Assembly: GCA_030141605.1 (NCBI GenBank)
Contig: JAQGDQ010000081.1
Location: 620,001-684,000, forward strand
Length of the DNA: 64,000 nt
DNA from: Tubiluchus corallicola
Taxonomy: Eukaryota > Animalia > Priapulida
Reading direction: 5' to 3'
The notes under the pieces are model-generated. The model was not told where the DNA came from and made no database searches. It saw only the letters and a list, made by a program, of their open reading frames with translations. Below, piece after piece: positions 12,826 to 26,500 of the stretch. Every line of letters starts with the position of its first letter. The stretch's first letter is position 1. Made by a program: the position numbers and the translations under genes.

Positions 12826-14294
12826 ATCGCAGCATTTCTGTTACTTGTATAATACGTATTCAGTGTTTAAAAAGGAACGTGTGCTACAAGACACAGCTGA
12901 ACACTTCACAGTTTTTTCTCTAGCTGCAATCAAAGCATGGTCTTGTGACTCCTAGTAGTTTCACAGCTGGAATGATTGGCAGAATGTTAACTCTTATGCA
13001 ATGGCAATTGAGCAATTACGTATTTTTGTGTTGTTGCCCAAAGACGTATAAAATCATTTTTGTCACAAAGGAAGCACAGTATTTGCCAAAAATGTGTGAA
13101 ATTACAATGTGTATCCAATTACAATATACGAAAGTGATCAGTGTACATGTAATACGATAATTAAACATAATTATGATGTGACTGCCTAAAATGTTTTTGT
13201 CTCACCTGTTTAAACTTTATGTTGGTCTCTCGTTATAATCGGCTTATCTTCTCAAGTTTTGATTTGATCATGTCGTGGTTGTGTATATCAAAATGTATGT
13301 TATCTAACTTTTCCAGCTTATGGTAATACAAGCCAGTACATTGTGAATTTCCCGGAATTTGCCCGAAAATTTTTGTATCACGGATATTAATTAACAATTA
13401 AATGTCATCTTATTAGGAATCACGAATTAGAGAATTATTGTAAAGAATTCTCATATTTACTTGAGTTTTTGATTTCCATTGTACTTGTACTTATTATTTT
13501 TATTATGTTTACAAAGTAAATTATAAATATTCATACACTAGTTCTTGTGTACTTAATTTAAAAATAAAAATGTTTATAATTGTGTTAATTAGTTGTACTG
13601 ACAGTATTATTTTAGCCACAACTATGTTTTGTGCCATAACTATAACATGTATTATTTTTCTATTAAATTTTTAACAAGGGGAATCTGGTGCAAATACCAG
13701 AAATCACTGTTTCAAAAGAAGTCTTGGCTGCAAGTGAATGAAGGCGTGAAACATGGCCTGACAAACTACAAGACTGAGAGTGAGACGTCATTGTCGTCCT
13801 TCCTTGCTGTCGTTTTGTATGATGCTGGTTATCGTATTGCAAGTCAAAAATTATTGTATTTTCATCCAAAATTATTGCATAATTACAGCAAATTATTATT
13901 AATAAGCATTTAAGAATAATTATCACCAAAAATTAGCATTAACAAGTACGACATTAATTTTGTTAAAACTATAAAATGTCGCTAATTTCTGCAGAATCAA
14001 GTCTTCGCATCTACATACGCATATTTTTTGAAATTACTGCTGTTTTTCAAGAAACTGCGACCAGTTTTCTTCAGACAAGAATGAAATGAAAGTTTATTTA
14101 CTTCCCAATGGTTAGCAGTAATATTTTCAATGCACGATTTTTTAAAACTTTCGTTTTTGTTTTAGTATTTAAATTATCAATTATGTATAGCCTCTTATTT
14201 GTACAGTATGAAGGGCAATAATGAAACCTAAAATTATTACCATAATTGTTATCGTATAAACGGGGTAATTCTCGCAGTAACTAAAAGCCCGCAA

Positions 14295-14400
14295 GTCTGA
14301 TCACGTGATGGCCAACAGTCAAACACGCATGCGTGAGAAGTAGAGCGGGCCTATGTTTACACGTGCGTAACAGCGGGCCAGCAGCAATGTACAGTACCAG
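14295..14400 (+). promoter_or_regulatory. Probable promoter of the CH-domain gene
   Basis: Local CpG-rich patch with a palindromic E-box ATCACGTGAT (14300-14309), an NRF1-like CACGCATGCGTG (14324-14335) and a second CACGTG (~14360), 150-200 bp upstream of the ATG at 14510. Confidence 0.5.
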
Positions 14401-14509
14401 CTGAAAATAAGGTACTGCTAATAAGTTTTATCAGTCCTACTTGTTTTGCGTGTAGGCTGGTTAGTGGTAAGATAAGACTTGGCAAATTTGTTTGGGTCCA
14501 AATTCCAAG

Positions 14510-17500
14510 ATGTCAGCTCAGACGGAACTCGAAGAGGAAGACGATGAGATGGCTTTGCACGACGAGATAACTAAACACATTCGTGAACTGTCAGGTAGGT
14601 CCGTTTGTTAACTTAACATGATCAATCTAAACGTGAATGACTGTAGCTAATGCTTTTCGACTTAATTGCACATTCCTGCACTGAGTACTTTTGCAAACGA
14701 GTAATTTTAACAGCGTCTGACTTACTACTGCACGAATTAGCTAACTACACAGTTGATCCATATAACGTCTTTCAGTGTTCATCTGTCGTTCTATGTTGTT
14801 GTTATCAGTCAATTTGACCTTATTAATAATTGAATGGTTAATTATTACACAATGGAGGTATTGCCAAAAGGCTCTCAAAATGACAGTGTTGCCTACTTTG
14901 GCATACTAGTGTGAAACTACAGGAAAAGTTCGTGGCAAAGCGCGTCATTAGCTCTGAGTAACTTTCTGAAATTAAGCAGTTTCAGAGAATTAAATTTTTA
15001 TATCATATGAGCTGAGTAATAGAACATAATTATAGTAGGTTCGAGTCATATAATAAAATCATGTACTTACAGTTATATTATATTATAATTACTTTAAAAT
15101 TTGATCATCACTTGCTCTAGCAGATAATTCACACACATTAAGTACACAAATACAAAACCTATAATATCTGTAGGGAAAAACAATGAAATGCATCTTAATT
15201 TACTGAGCACATATTATGAAAATTGATAATTAAAAGCATAAATAAAGCCTTGTCATATTTTCTTTCATGGATGGAATCTAAAAATTTTACTAGAGAATCG
15301 TAAGATTGTATATACTTGAAATGTTGAGGAGAACGCCATTCCATCTCTCAAACAAATTCAAGAATGCCGCCCCTAAGTGTTGAAATGGTTGTACAGTCTG
15401 CATCACTGTTTATAATTACTATTAGAAATACGAGATTGTCCATGGAACTAAAAAACATATGACGAGAATTTAAACATTATAACTATTAATTACATTGACA
15501 GTGTGTTTAATTAGAAAAGTACTAACAAACTCAACAGTCGTCATGTACATAGTAAAACAAAATGCCATTCTTAATGGCATTATAATTTTGCTAGATCTAA
15601 AAATCCTGCGTGTGGCTGATAAACTTAACTAGAATAAACTTAATAAAGGCGTAATAGGTACCTAATAATAAACTATGGTGACATAAACAGCATACCTACA
15701 CTTACCTAGCTCAGTCAATATCTCAATAATCCATTGTAAATTCAAGTAAACGGGCTCATAATACTTGTAATGGAACCTTGACTGTCAAAGTGTAGCGCCT
15801 AGCCAGGTTTAACCGGTATGTAAATTAGCCCTGGATCCTTGACTCCTTGAGGCAATGCGTTGGAGTTTGAAAACACTAAAAACTATATTCGCTTACTATA
15901 CAGTATGTTAAAATAGCATTTTACGGAGTTTTAACCTATACACGTCTCATTACTAAGATCTATTAAAATGAGCTTTAATTGTTTCCGGTCGCTGAATGGG
16001 ATGTGGTAAACTGTATATTAGTAGAATATGCAGCGCCTGCGTTATATGCACATATGTGATATATTATGCAGTATAATTTCATTTTATGGTCTCAGAACTT
16101 ATGTAAACAGGTAGTCAAGTGTTTTGAGTTGTGTACTTTGTGCAGGTATTTTAAGAATGAATGTGTTAAGCTCGTACAAAAATTAATTTATGTAAACTTG
16201 CTGCACACACCTTAGTTTGAGTGGTTCCCAAGTTAAACGATGCAGTTTACTTGTGGAGAAAAATAAAATAGAAATGCAGTTGTACTCGCTGATTATCATG
16301 TCAGCTTTTCAGTAGTCGTGTTATGCTTCAAAAAGTTCAGGATAAAGTGAAATTACAGTTAGAATGTTGATTTTTTATTTATTTTATTACTTTTGTAAAA
16401 GTGGCAGTCTTATCTTATAAAATTTGTAGGTCAAAGGCACGTACGACTTACGCTGGCCCAAACTTAATTAATGCTAAAGCACGCATACATTAAATATAAA
16501 AATGATAGAAAGATACAATTACACACAGAATAAGATACAATCCTGAGCTTCGTATGCAGCCCTCCGAAGTCCCAACATGTAAGCTTCACTCCTTAAAGTC
16601 ATTTTGCAGCACTAACCTGACACGTGTATTTCTTGCTTTACTGCCCAACGTTCCTCAGTTGGATCATTTTTAATTCTATTCTCCTGTTTTTGTTAATTAT
16701 AATGCGAAATAAAATTGAATCAGAATTACTTATTTTACACATATTGGAGCAAGAGATGAAGTGCCAAGGCTATGCTTGCACATGTGAAAGTTTGTAATTC
16801 CCCTGCCGATTGTGGATAAATAATGCGGCCACGTTGGTGAGTAATTGGTTTGTAGTTCTAAGTCCCCAGTGTGCTCAGAATGCGATTGTAATGCTGTTAA
16901 GCTGTTAATTATTGTTAGTAAACTGCGCTAATTAAGTGTAATCAATTCTTAAGAAATGATCTTCCCAAAAGTGCAATGTGGACGTTTATTGTACCTTCTT
17001 GGCCACTGTGTGTGCTACTCTATGAATTTGTTCTGTCCCCCATAATTTGAACGTTTTCGTTGACATTCTACTTTAATCTGCCCTTGTTCCTCATTGGGCC
17101 AAAATTACTGTAGGTGGCGGCTTTGTTGAGAATGTTGAGAGTTTTTGCCACATGTAATTAGTGATTATAATAATAGTAATAATAATAATAATAATAATAA
17201 TCTTTATTGATTTAAAATTGTACATCAAGAATAGTAAACTACACTTCCCAAAAAATTATGTTATCATCAGTTTAGGAAACTGTTGTTGGCGCTAGTATTA
17301 TCAGGGCAAAAAAATTACATAAAAAAAATTAAAAATACACTTGGAATTCTAATTACAGTAATACATTTCATAAATTCATAGATTGCGTTCGTTTGAGTGA
17401 ATGAATTGGGCCATAGATCCCTGGTTCAGTCACAGCTTTTTCACACTTCCTTGTTTTCTCTCATCATTGTTAAATTATTAATTAACTGCGGTACATGCTT

Positions 17501-20500
17501 ATTATATGCAACTGTTGCAATCTAAGCCAACAGTTTAGCACCACTCAATAATCGTAATATTATTTTGTTGGCTGCCCACCGGATGTTATTATTTTTCCGG
17601 AATGCCGATAGGTGTTTGTTCTATACAGCACACAAGGAAAATTTAATTAGTTTTCATTGTTAGCTTATTAGCTTTGCGAAAGCTACTGGTAGAACAATAC
17701 GTAACTCAACGATAGCTAGAATTCTAAAGCAATTTCGTCCCTTCATAACTTGTTCTTCTATTTATTCTTGCGCGTGCAAATCAAGATAATATTACTGCAT
17801 AAACGTACTGCAATGTACAGCATTAACTCACATATTGCACGCTTGCAGCTTTTTGAAGTATTATATTAGAAACACTCCTGTTTTTGTACAGTCATCATCA
17901 AGGTTCAAGGCGTATGGAAAAACACCTTACTATGTAAACATGGTAAGTAGCAACCGGGCAGATGTTTATTTTCGAGTTTGTCAACCCGGAACATGTGAGT
18001 GCTTCACTATCAAAGTTAAGCAGCGCCGAGTCTAGTCAGTAACTGGATGACTGACTGCAGGAAAACTGTCTTTGGGTAATTTCGTCTGCCATAGCGGCCG
18101 GCTTTCGGGGGAGGATGTTTTGTATATATAAATATATATATAATGCACTCGCCAGAACATGGCTGTGACCGTCTGCCGATTTAGTGTGTCATCGCAGGTG
18201 ATTATCCTTGATATTTAGCAAGGTGCCTATCCTACCAACATTAATTAACCCCATCACTGCTGGATTAGCCTATTTGCTAATTAATTTACTGTATGAAATT
18301 TGATTTTATCTGTTTGTCTGTTGCAGATCAGCAGGATAGAACCCAGAAGAAAACATTTACAAAATGGATGAATATTTACCTGAGTGAGGTAAATAATTAG
18401 AAAAAAGACTTTCCATGAATTCGTATCCTTAATAGTTGGATTGATTTAAACTTTAGATGTTTCTCCACCTCATAACATTTTATTTTGACCACTGGTACAG
18501 TATTGTCCTTTATTGAATTCAATTTTTTCACTCATGAAGCTATGTGCAGTAATATTCACCAATAAGCTGTTCACATGAATGAATGATTGACCAACTGACT
18601 GAATGAATGACTATGAGTTAGATGGGAGTGTCGCTGACCGATGAGTCAATTGACAATAGATAAATTCTTGCTGCTGCAAGAAAGGCATGCATACACAGGT
18701 ATCAAAATTAACCAAAAAGAAGGAAATTTGAAATTAAGTCTTTTAAAAGTGGGGACCTTAACTTGGATTTGAACCTTGGCCATATCCAGTTCACTCTTCA
18801 TATTTCACCCCTTTTAGTTAGGTCTTGTTTTAAAAAAGTTACTTGTGGGTTTGTTCGACCACATGCTGCATTGCAGGCAGTGTGGCATGACTGAAACATT
18901 AAGTGAGGGAGTAAGTTTATTTCTTTATTTTTTGCAGCACAATCTGTGCAAGAGTCAATGACAAAAAAACAAAATTTTGTGTGGCAACTTTATTGTGATT
19001 TTCCATGTTTCTAGCTACACCAACATACAAATATTGTTGTACTAATTGTCGCTACAAATAGGTGAGTGATGTATACAATTCGATATTTGGTTTAGTTTTG
19101 ATACACAAAGTTTGCAAGACGAGTATTGACAAATAAGCTAACTAAATCTCAATCAGCTTTCAAGTATAAAATTTTACTCACACGAGTAAATAAACATTAC
19201 ATTTTTTCCATATTCAAAATTTTCCACTGTCAAGAGATAGGCTTGTCCTGTTCATTTTCTGCTGGCAGGATGAATAGCTGAATGGTCACAAGTTCGTTTA
19301 ATGATGAAAGTTGCGCATGCCCAAGTCTGGTTTGTAACTGGTTGTGTGTGTCCACTTGGAAAAACTATTTGCTTCATGGAAGTAGGATTTGTATGAATTC
19401 GAGCATGTGCAAGACACTATCTCTACATTAAGTAGATTTTGGCATTGAGTGCCAGATGTCCCGTGTTGCAGAGTACCAACTGTATGAGAAACCATCCCAA
19501 ATAAGCTTTACAAATTTTTTAACAAAACTTCTGTCTAGTGTAACACTAGTGTGACACTAGTGTAACTCAATGTCAAATGCTACAGTATGCAATAACACAC
19601 TTGCATTAGTTCCTAACCTTTACCAGAGGTAGTGTCCAGCTTCCACAGAGAAACCTACAGGAGTGACCGGCTTGTCTTCCAGTCAGATAAATCTAGCAAA
19701 CCCTACCTTGGAATCTGAGTAAATATTTGAATTACAGTTATTGACTGTCATGTGCTCCAGCCGAGCCATGTGGCATAATTCATATTAAAGATATATTGTA
19801 TTTTTCGCAATTGTCACCCACCTTGGGAACAATATTTTTGGAGCTCCGGTTGCGCTTGTGATCTTGTGCATATGTGTACCCCACAAACATGGGAATTAAA
19901 TTTGCTTGTACTATTATGCTACATACATGTGACGAATTGAAATAAGCAAATATTTGCTATATTCATTGCAGTGTTAGGTACCCTTATGCATACCGGCACA
20001 TACATTGCTTACATTGTTGAATTGTGTATCATCTTGTACACCTTTATTTGACGTTTAATCCTAGTCTGTTTGTGCACTGCAGACTTAGTAGCTATAAAAC
20101 TTTTAGGCACGTTTTTTAGACAATCCCTAAAAAGATTCCGTATAATTGCCGCAAGTGTAAATTCTGCCATATTTCTCTGACAACAAAATTCCCTAAAGTT
20201 GCTACCCTGTTTAGAACTACTTGTATTGTCTATTCAGCAGTCACATGATGACATTCTCATAACCCCAAAGATTTAATTTAATGAGGAACCTCCTGAAATG
20301 TGTTAAAATGTTTTGTAATTTTTATTTAAGTAATGCAGTTTTGACTTGTACTCCTAATGATGGACTCCTGAACAGATATCACACTGTCATCATTTACTGT
20401 GGCAATGTTTGTTCATGTTTTGAATATAGATTAATGCAGCACTTTAATAAATTGATATAAGCATTTATAAAAAAGTCCACAGTAATTTGAAAAGGCAGCG

Positions 20501-23500
20501 CTTTAACGGCAGAAACATTGAGATTTCAAGATTACAATGCATTGGGTTACTCGCTTATTGGGCTTTTTCTGCCTGGATGTGTTGTTTAGAATGCCATTTA
20601 GCATGGCTATGGCAAACTGGAACACGAAATTGTTGTATTGTGTCATTACAATATGAAAAGTAGCTGAAAAATTAATACATGAACAACAAAATCGAGACCG
20701 ATTTTATCAGCTTACATTGCAATTGCAAAGAACGGCAGGTCACTGTCTGCTACTTTTCAAACAATCGCTATGATTAAGCATAGAATATACAAAAAAAAGA
20801 AACAAAAGCAAAAATGCAAGAAACAGAGGTTATCAGTAATAACAGGGTAGCAAGAACACGTTGTTTGGCATATTTAGTTTTTCTACTGTACTATTTTTGT
20901 GATATTTTGCATTTGTGCTTTTTGAATCATATAATCCGTATAGTAATTTATAAGACTTGCAAGAATCGGTATTTAGCAATTTTTGGACATTTTCTGTTTT
21001 TCCTTTCATCTGTAGTAGCAAAAGGGAAAATGCAACTATACTAGTTCGATTTTGTGCAAAGGGAATTTATGATTTCACTTGCTATTTTAGAAAAGTCATG
21101 TTATTAAAGAAAAGTGAATACCGTATTTCATTTGGAATTTAGTAACTTTTCTAATAAAGAAAGGTGAATACTGCATTTCATTTGGAAGTCAATTATTGCA
21201 GCTAAATAATTATCAGAGTGGCATATTTCATTTTTTGAGGAGTTACTCTATTATTCTTATTGGTTTGCACTTTCTTTCAGTACGATCCACCTCTTCAGGT
21301 AAAAGATCTCTTCAACGATATCAGAGACGGAGTCAAACTTTGTGCATTGTTAGAAGTGCTATCCGGAGAAAAACTGGTAAAGTATTCAATTTCTTAGCAC
21401 ATTTTTCATATAGGCCATTTTTATTCTAATCATTCACCTGGATTTTTAATCGCTTCATGAAATTTGATGACATATCATTGCTTATATAAATATTTTGCTT
21501 ATTCATGTAATGCTAAATTAACAATACAAGTGCTGCAATCTAGGAGCTAAAGTTGTATAAAAACCATGAGTTTAGGTTATAATGACATTTATAATTAGTC
21601 TAAGTAAGTGAAAGTATTTTAGTTTTATAAAAAAAATTCCATTCTCCATGGCTACTTTACAATATAGAAGTTATTAGAATAATTGAGAACAATATTTAAA
21701 CAAGCTAATTTACAGTCAATTTAAATTACAGCTGCTAATAAACTTACAATAGGTCAAATAAAAACTAATTAATAGCAATTGTTGGGTACTAAATCTGCAT
21801 GTGCAGAGTATAATTTCTGTACTAAGTAAATTTAAAATGGCAATAAAACCAAAACAGCAGTAAAAGGTAAAATATTAATGGTAATCTATATTAAAAGTAC
21901 ACCTATTTACAAAAGTATTACATGCCTTTTTTGCCTAAAGTATTTTTTTAAGGAAAACAAGCACTTCTGTGTCTAAGGCATTCCTACTTCTTAAGGCAAC
22001 TAATGATTAGTAATTATGTTGCAGTTTTGTAGCATTGCTTTCATTGCTAATTTATGCTTTTAGATAATAGAAAATAAAGAACACTTGCAACGGTTGCACT
22101 ACCTGACTAACGTTAGCAATGCACTGAAATTTTTGGAGAGCAAAAATGTGAGTAAAAATACATTTAGTGAAGAGGTGTGGGGTCTTTAAACTTATTATTT
22201 TGAGGAATCTGATGTAACTGAGCAGAACTCTAGAAGATGACGTAGATACAGGCAACTTCATTCGTTTGGTAAAATGACAGCTACAAGCAATCTAGAACAT
22301 CTACTACTAGTCTACTAGTACCGCTACTCTGAAAACACGTATATCCAACATAAATCATTTGTTATCATCAACCTGAATCACAGAGTACTGCCATCTTGTG
22401 CACACACTGCCAGTGTTCTTTTTTTATTGCTAGGTGTTGCATACAAGCATGATCAAGCACCTGATAAATTTGTAGAAACTACAGGCGTGTGTAATTTTTT
22501 CTAAATGCGCTTTTGTAAAGAAAATGAGACCTGCTGGTTTAGCAAATTTGGTTTTTATGTGCAACATTGATGGAGGAGTTGAATTTGGAAAAGCTTAAAG
22601 CAACACTGACGGCGTCTGCATGTTAAAATTACTATTTTTTCACTCGGTTGGTTAGAGTTTCTTTTTAAATTTTATTTGATGATGATGATGATGATGAGCA
22701 CTCTGTTCGTGATGGCAGATGGTGATATGGAAACTGATAATTATGAGGCCAATGATGGGCTTGACAGCAGCAACAGTTGCAGAAAATCTACAGAACTTAC
22801 TGTGGGAGTAAGTCACGAGAAACACCTGCAGCAATGGAAAACACTTTCCAGCTACCAATTTGAAAGTAGTGTCTTTGTTAATGTTTTGCATTATAAAAGC
22901 AACTGTGAAAAATAGAAAATCTTTTTCTAAATAATAAAAACTGTCTCTTTAATAATGAAAATCAATGTTTTTCAATACAGTACGCTATGTATGACTCGAA
23001 CACCTCGGGACCGGAAAATTTGTTTGAGTAATACAATGTTTGTTAAAGGAAAAAAACGAAAGGGAAAATCCATTCCACAAGATCTGTTCAAGTTAAGCTA
23101 GAACTCGAGTTATGCCAGTTCAAGTTTTTCATAGTTTACTGTAGTTCTGACATTTTCTAATTAATTGTAGCTAAAAGTAATAAAAGGCCGTGCACAGCAC
23201 TGTTAATACATACTACATTTCTATCCTGCAAGATTTTACTAGTTATCTCCTATTAATCAGTCAGTTTTGTCAGTCTCATTCTCATGTTTCAATCTCACAG
23301 CTAATCTGAATCTTCAGTTTGACACATCACTAGTTTAGTGACTGTCGTTTGCAACCTTCAGCTTAGTTTCTTTACTTTCTAAAGCTATAAAGCTGACAAG
23401 TCATGCAAGAGAAATTACAGGCTTTCTAAATTACAGTGGTAGGTGTAAGAAATTACAGTTGATATCACTTTTTCATTTGAATAAAATGATATTACTATTT

Positions 23501-26500
23501 AATTAGTAATTTTGTGGGTAAAAAATAAACATTTTTATTAATTAGTAAAAGCTTAGCATTTTCATCTAATATTTGCATAAGTGTTAAATTTTTCATTCTG
23601 TGTAAAGACGTGTTGTAAAGGAGTGTATTATTATCAGTTTTGTTTATAATTCTTCTATTCCGCTCGTTTTTCATTTTTGCTATACTAAATCATTTATGCT
23701 AGCTATGGTTGGCCTGCTTCACTATCATGCCAAAATCATTGCTAGTATTGACATTTCTTTACTTTTTTAAGCTTGAAAAGAAAAATACCTTCAGTATTTC
23801 GCTGATGAATATAATGAAATGTTTCACCTTATTATTATGGTGAATGTTCTATATAATTTTTAGAATGAAAGGCTGCCAACTAAACATGTTTTGTGTTGTT
23901 AATAGATTAAGCTTGTAAACATCAATACGTCTGATGTAGTGGACGGCCGACCAGTCATTGTTCTTGGACTAATATGGACTATAATTTTGTTTTTTCAAGT
24001 AAGTTGTCGGTGCCTTTAGTAGATTTATTAGCATTATAATACCTTAAGTACCTTAATACTTATTTCCAAGGTAGTCCCGATCGTTATTAGCCACGTGTTA
24101 CTTTGGTAAACCTGTGCTTGGTCTAAGAACCATATGTACCACTTTTTAAGTCTTCGCTATGACTCGGTCGTGAGTTGAACCCGCGACCTCCTGGGTGGGA
24201 AGTGAGCATGTTACCACTGAGCTATGTAACCCAATAAATTGTACATCCTGTTTAGTTTTTTGGGGAAAGGAGCTATTTGTGCTCTATTTAAGGAAACAAA
24301 ATTAGTTACTAAACTGCAGATCTGGATTGCTGCACTTCTGGAATGAATAATGAAATGGCTGAGATGATTAGATAACAGAACAGGATGAGGATGAGCCTAG
24401 TTGAAAAATTTGTATCATCGACTGATTCGAAAGTGCACCCGAGGATTCCAAAAATGGGGTCGTTTTTCATTTGTGATGTCTTGATGATGTCACAATACTA
24501 TTATGATGTAATGATGTAATTAAGACCATCACAGCTTCATTGTTATTGAAAATGGGTCAACTGGAAATTTGGAATTGATTTCCAATATTAGTATTTGCAA
24601 TAGCATTCAAAATCAGTTGCAGATTGACCTAGCGTGTCATCAGTGTGCATTCACATTATTTCCTTGGCATCTAGATGGAGGTCAAAAGTTGACTACTTCT
24701 AAATAATCAATCCTAGTCGAAATTGATATGTTAATGACTGATCGGAAAATGTGTCATATGAATCCAAAAATGTTGCCATTTTTCAATTATGATTTCACAA
24801 TGCTATTGTCAGGTCATTCAGAACAGATAAATGAACCAAACCTTCACCAGGCGACCAAAAGCCTTCCTTGCTCGCTGGAGGAGTCCACATTCAAGTGGGT
24901 GGGACAAGTTGGCACATATCTTTACAGTACGCTAGAAAAACAGCAAAGACACAAGCAGACTGCTGCACAAAGATGATATGGGACATCATATGACAGGGAT
25001 GGCCAATCCATTATTGTTCCTCTTCAGCAGTTGTGATACAGTATAGCTTCTGTTTGCTATTACCAAGCTGTACAATCCAATAAACTAGATGACACTAGAT
25101 GCACTTTTGTGGACCATAATGTGAGTCAGGCACAAATAGATGATGTGCAATATAGGGTGTTAGTTAAAGAAAAGTATCTTTACAGCAGAGGAAAGAAAGA
25201 TTTTAGTCATCGCCAAATAAACAAAGATAGTCCATAAAGACATACACTAGCTAAACTATTACGAATAGCATCATTTCTGTACATGTCTCCATGCTAGCAG
25301 TCCTGGTGTAGGTTTGGTCCATGTATCTGCTCGATAACCAAACTCCATTTACTGGACAGCTGTGTGATGTTGATTTTGTTGTATGGCAGCGAGACATGGA
25401 CTGTTTCCGCTGAAGTCACCTGGGTGTCCTATTTTGCATCTGCTAATTTCACTTTGACACCAAAGAGAAATTATACTGGAGAGTGAGTAACCCAGTTCCA
25501 GTCACTACCACCACACGTCTTAGACTTCTCCACCACATGTGGCATGCCTGGACGAGTTTCTCTTGGCCAGACGTCCTTTCTGTCAACCAACTGGTTTCAC
25601 CCCTCCCGGGGCAGCTCACCAATTGGCACAGTGTAACACATTTCCAAAATGATGGACCTGGCTAATGACAGAGCTTCCTTCTATGTGCTGGTTGCCACTG
25701 CCAAGCATGCAAAAGTAAAATGGGAAGCAGTAATCAGCTGAATGTCCTGGCAATGGCAATGTGAAGTCATAATCGAGCAACATTTTTGGATCCATATCAA
25801 TTGTGCATTTTCTCAACACGCTTATTTGGCTAGAATCGATTGTTTAGGAAAAGTAGTCAACTTTTGACCCCCATAGGCACCATGTAGATGCCAAGGGAAT
25901 AATGTGAAAGGACACTGATGACATGCTAGATTAATCTGTAACTGATTTTGAATGTTATTGCAAGTATTGATATTGAAAGACCAATTCCAGTAACCCATTT
26001 TGAACAACAATGAAGCTGTGATGGTCGTAATGGTATTGTGATGTCTTTGTGATGTTACAGATGAAAAACGACCACACTTTTGTAATCTTCGGGTGCACTT
26101 TTCTATTAGTCGATAATACATATTTAGGAGATATAACTGATTTTTGGCCCCGGTAGGTGCCATCTTGAATTTATCCGTTAATCTCAAAAGTACCAAAGCT
26201 GATTTTGGCCGACTTTTGTTGAGGGCACCTGAAACCATGTTCTAACAAAATCTGAAGAGAAAAATTCAATTGCAATTTATTCTAAGTACCCCCTTACTGG
26301 GAGCTATCTTTACCCACCTAATTGTTTCGTTATTTCTGTAATATTTTTGTCTCATTTTGTGGTCCAGAGGTTGGATTTACTTGGATTTAAATGATATCAT
26401 TCACTTCTACAGATAGAGAAAGGTGCTCGGGAGTTCCATGCTCGCAAGAACTCGCTGATGGCGGAAGACAACATTCCCATTATTGAGGAAACAGACGCCC

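Noticed and set aside
24160-24232. tRNA gene
   Set aside because: A and B boxes are present but the acceptor and anticodon stems pair poorly and the sequence runs into a SINE body.
25822-26238. 138-aa minus-strand ORF
   Set aside because: Lies largely in a non-coding repeat arm whose inverted partner has indels; no recognisable domain.
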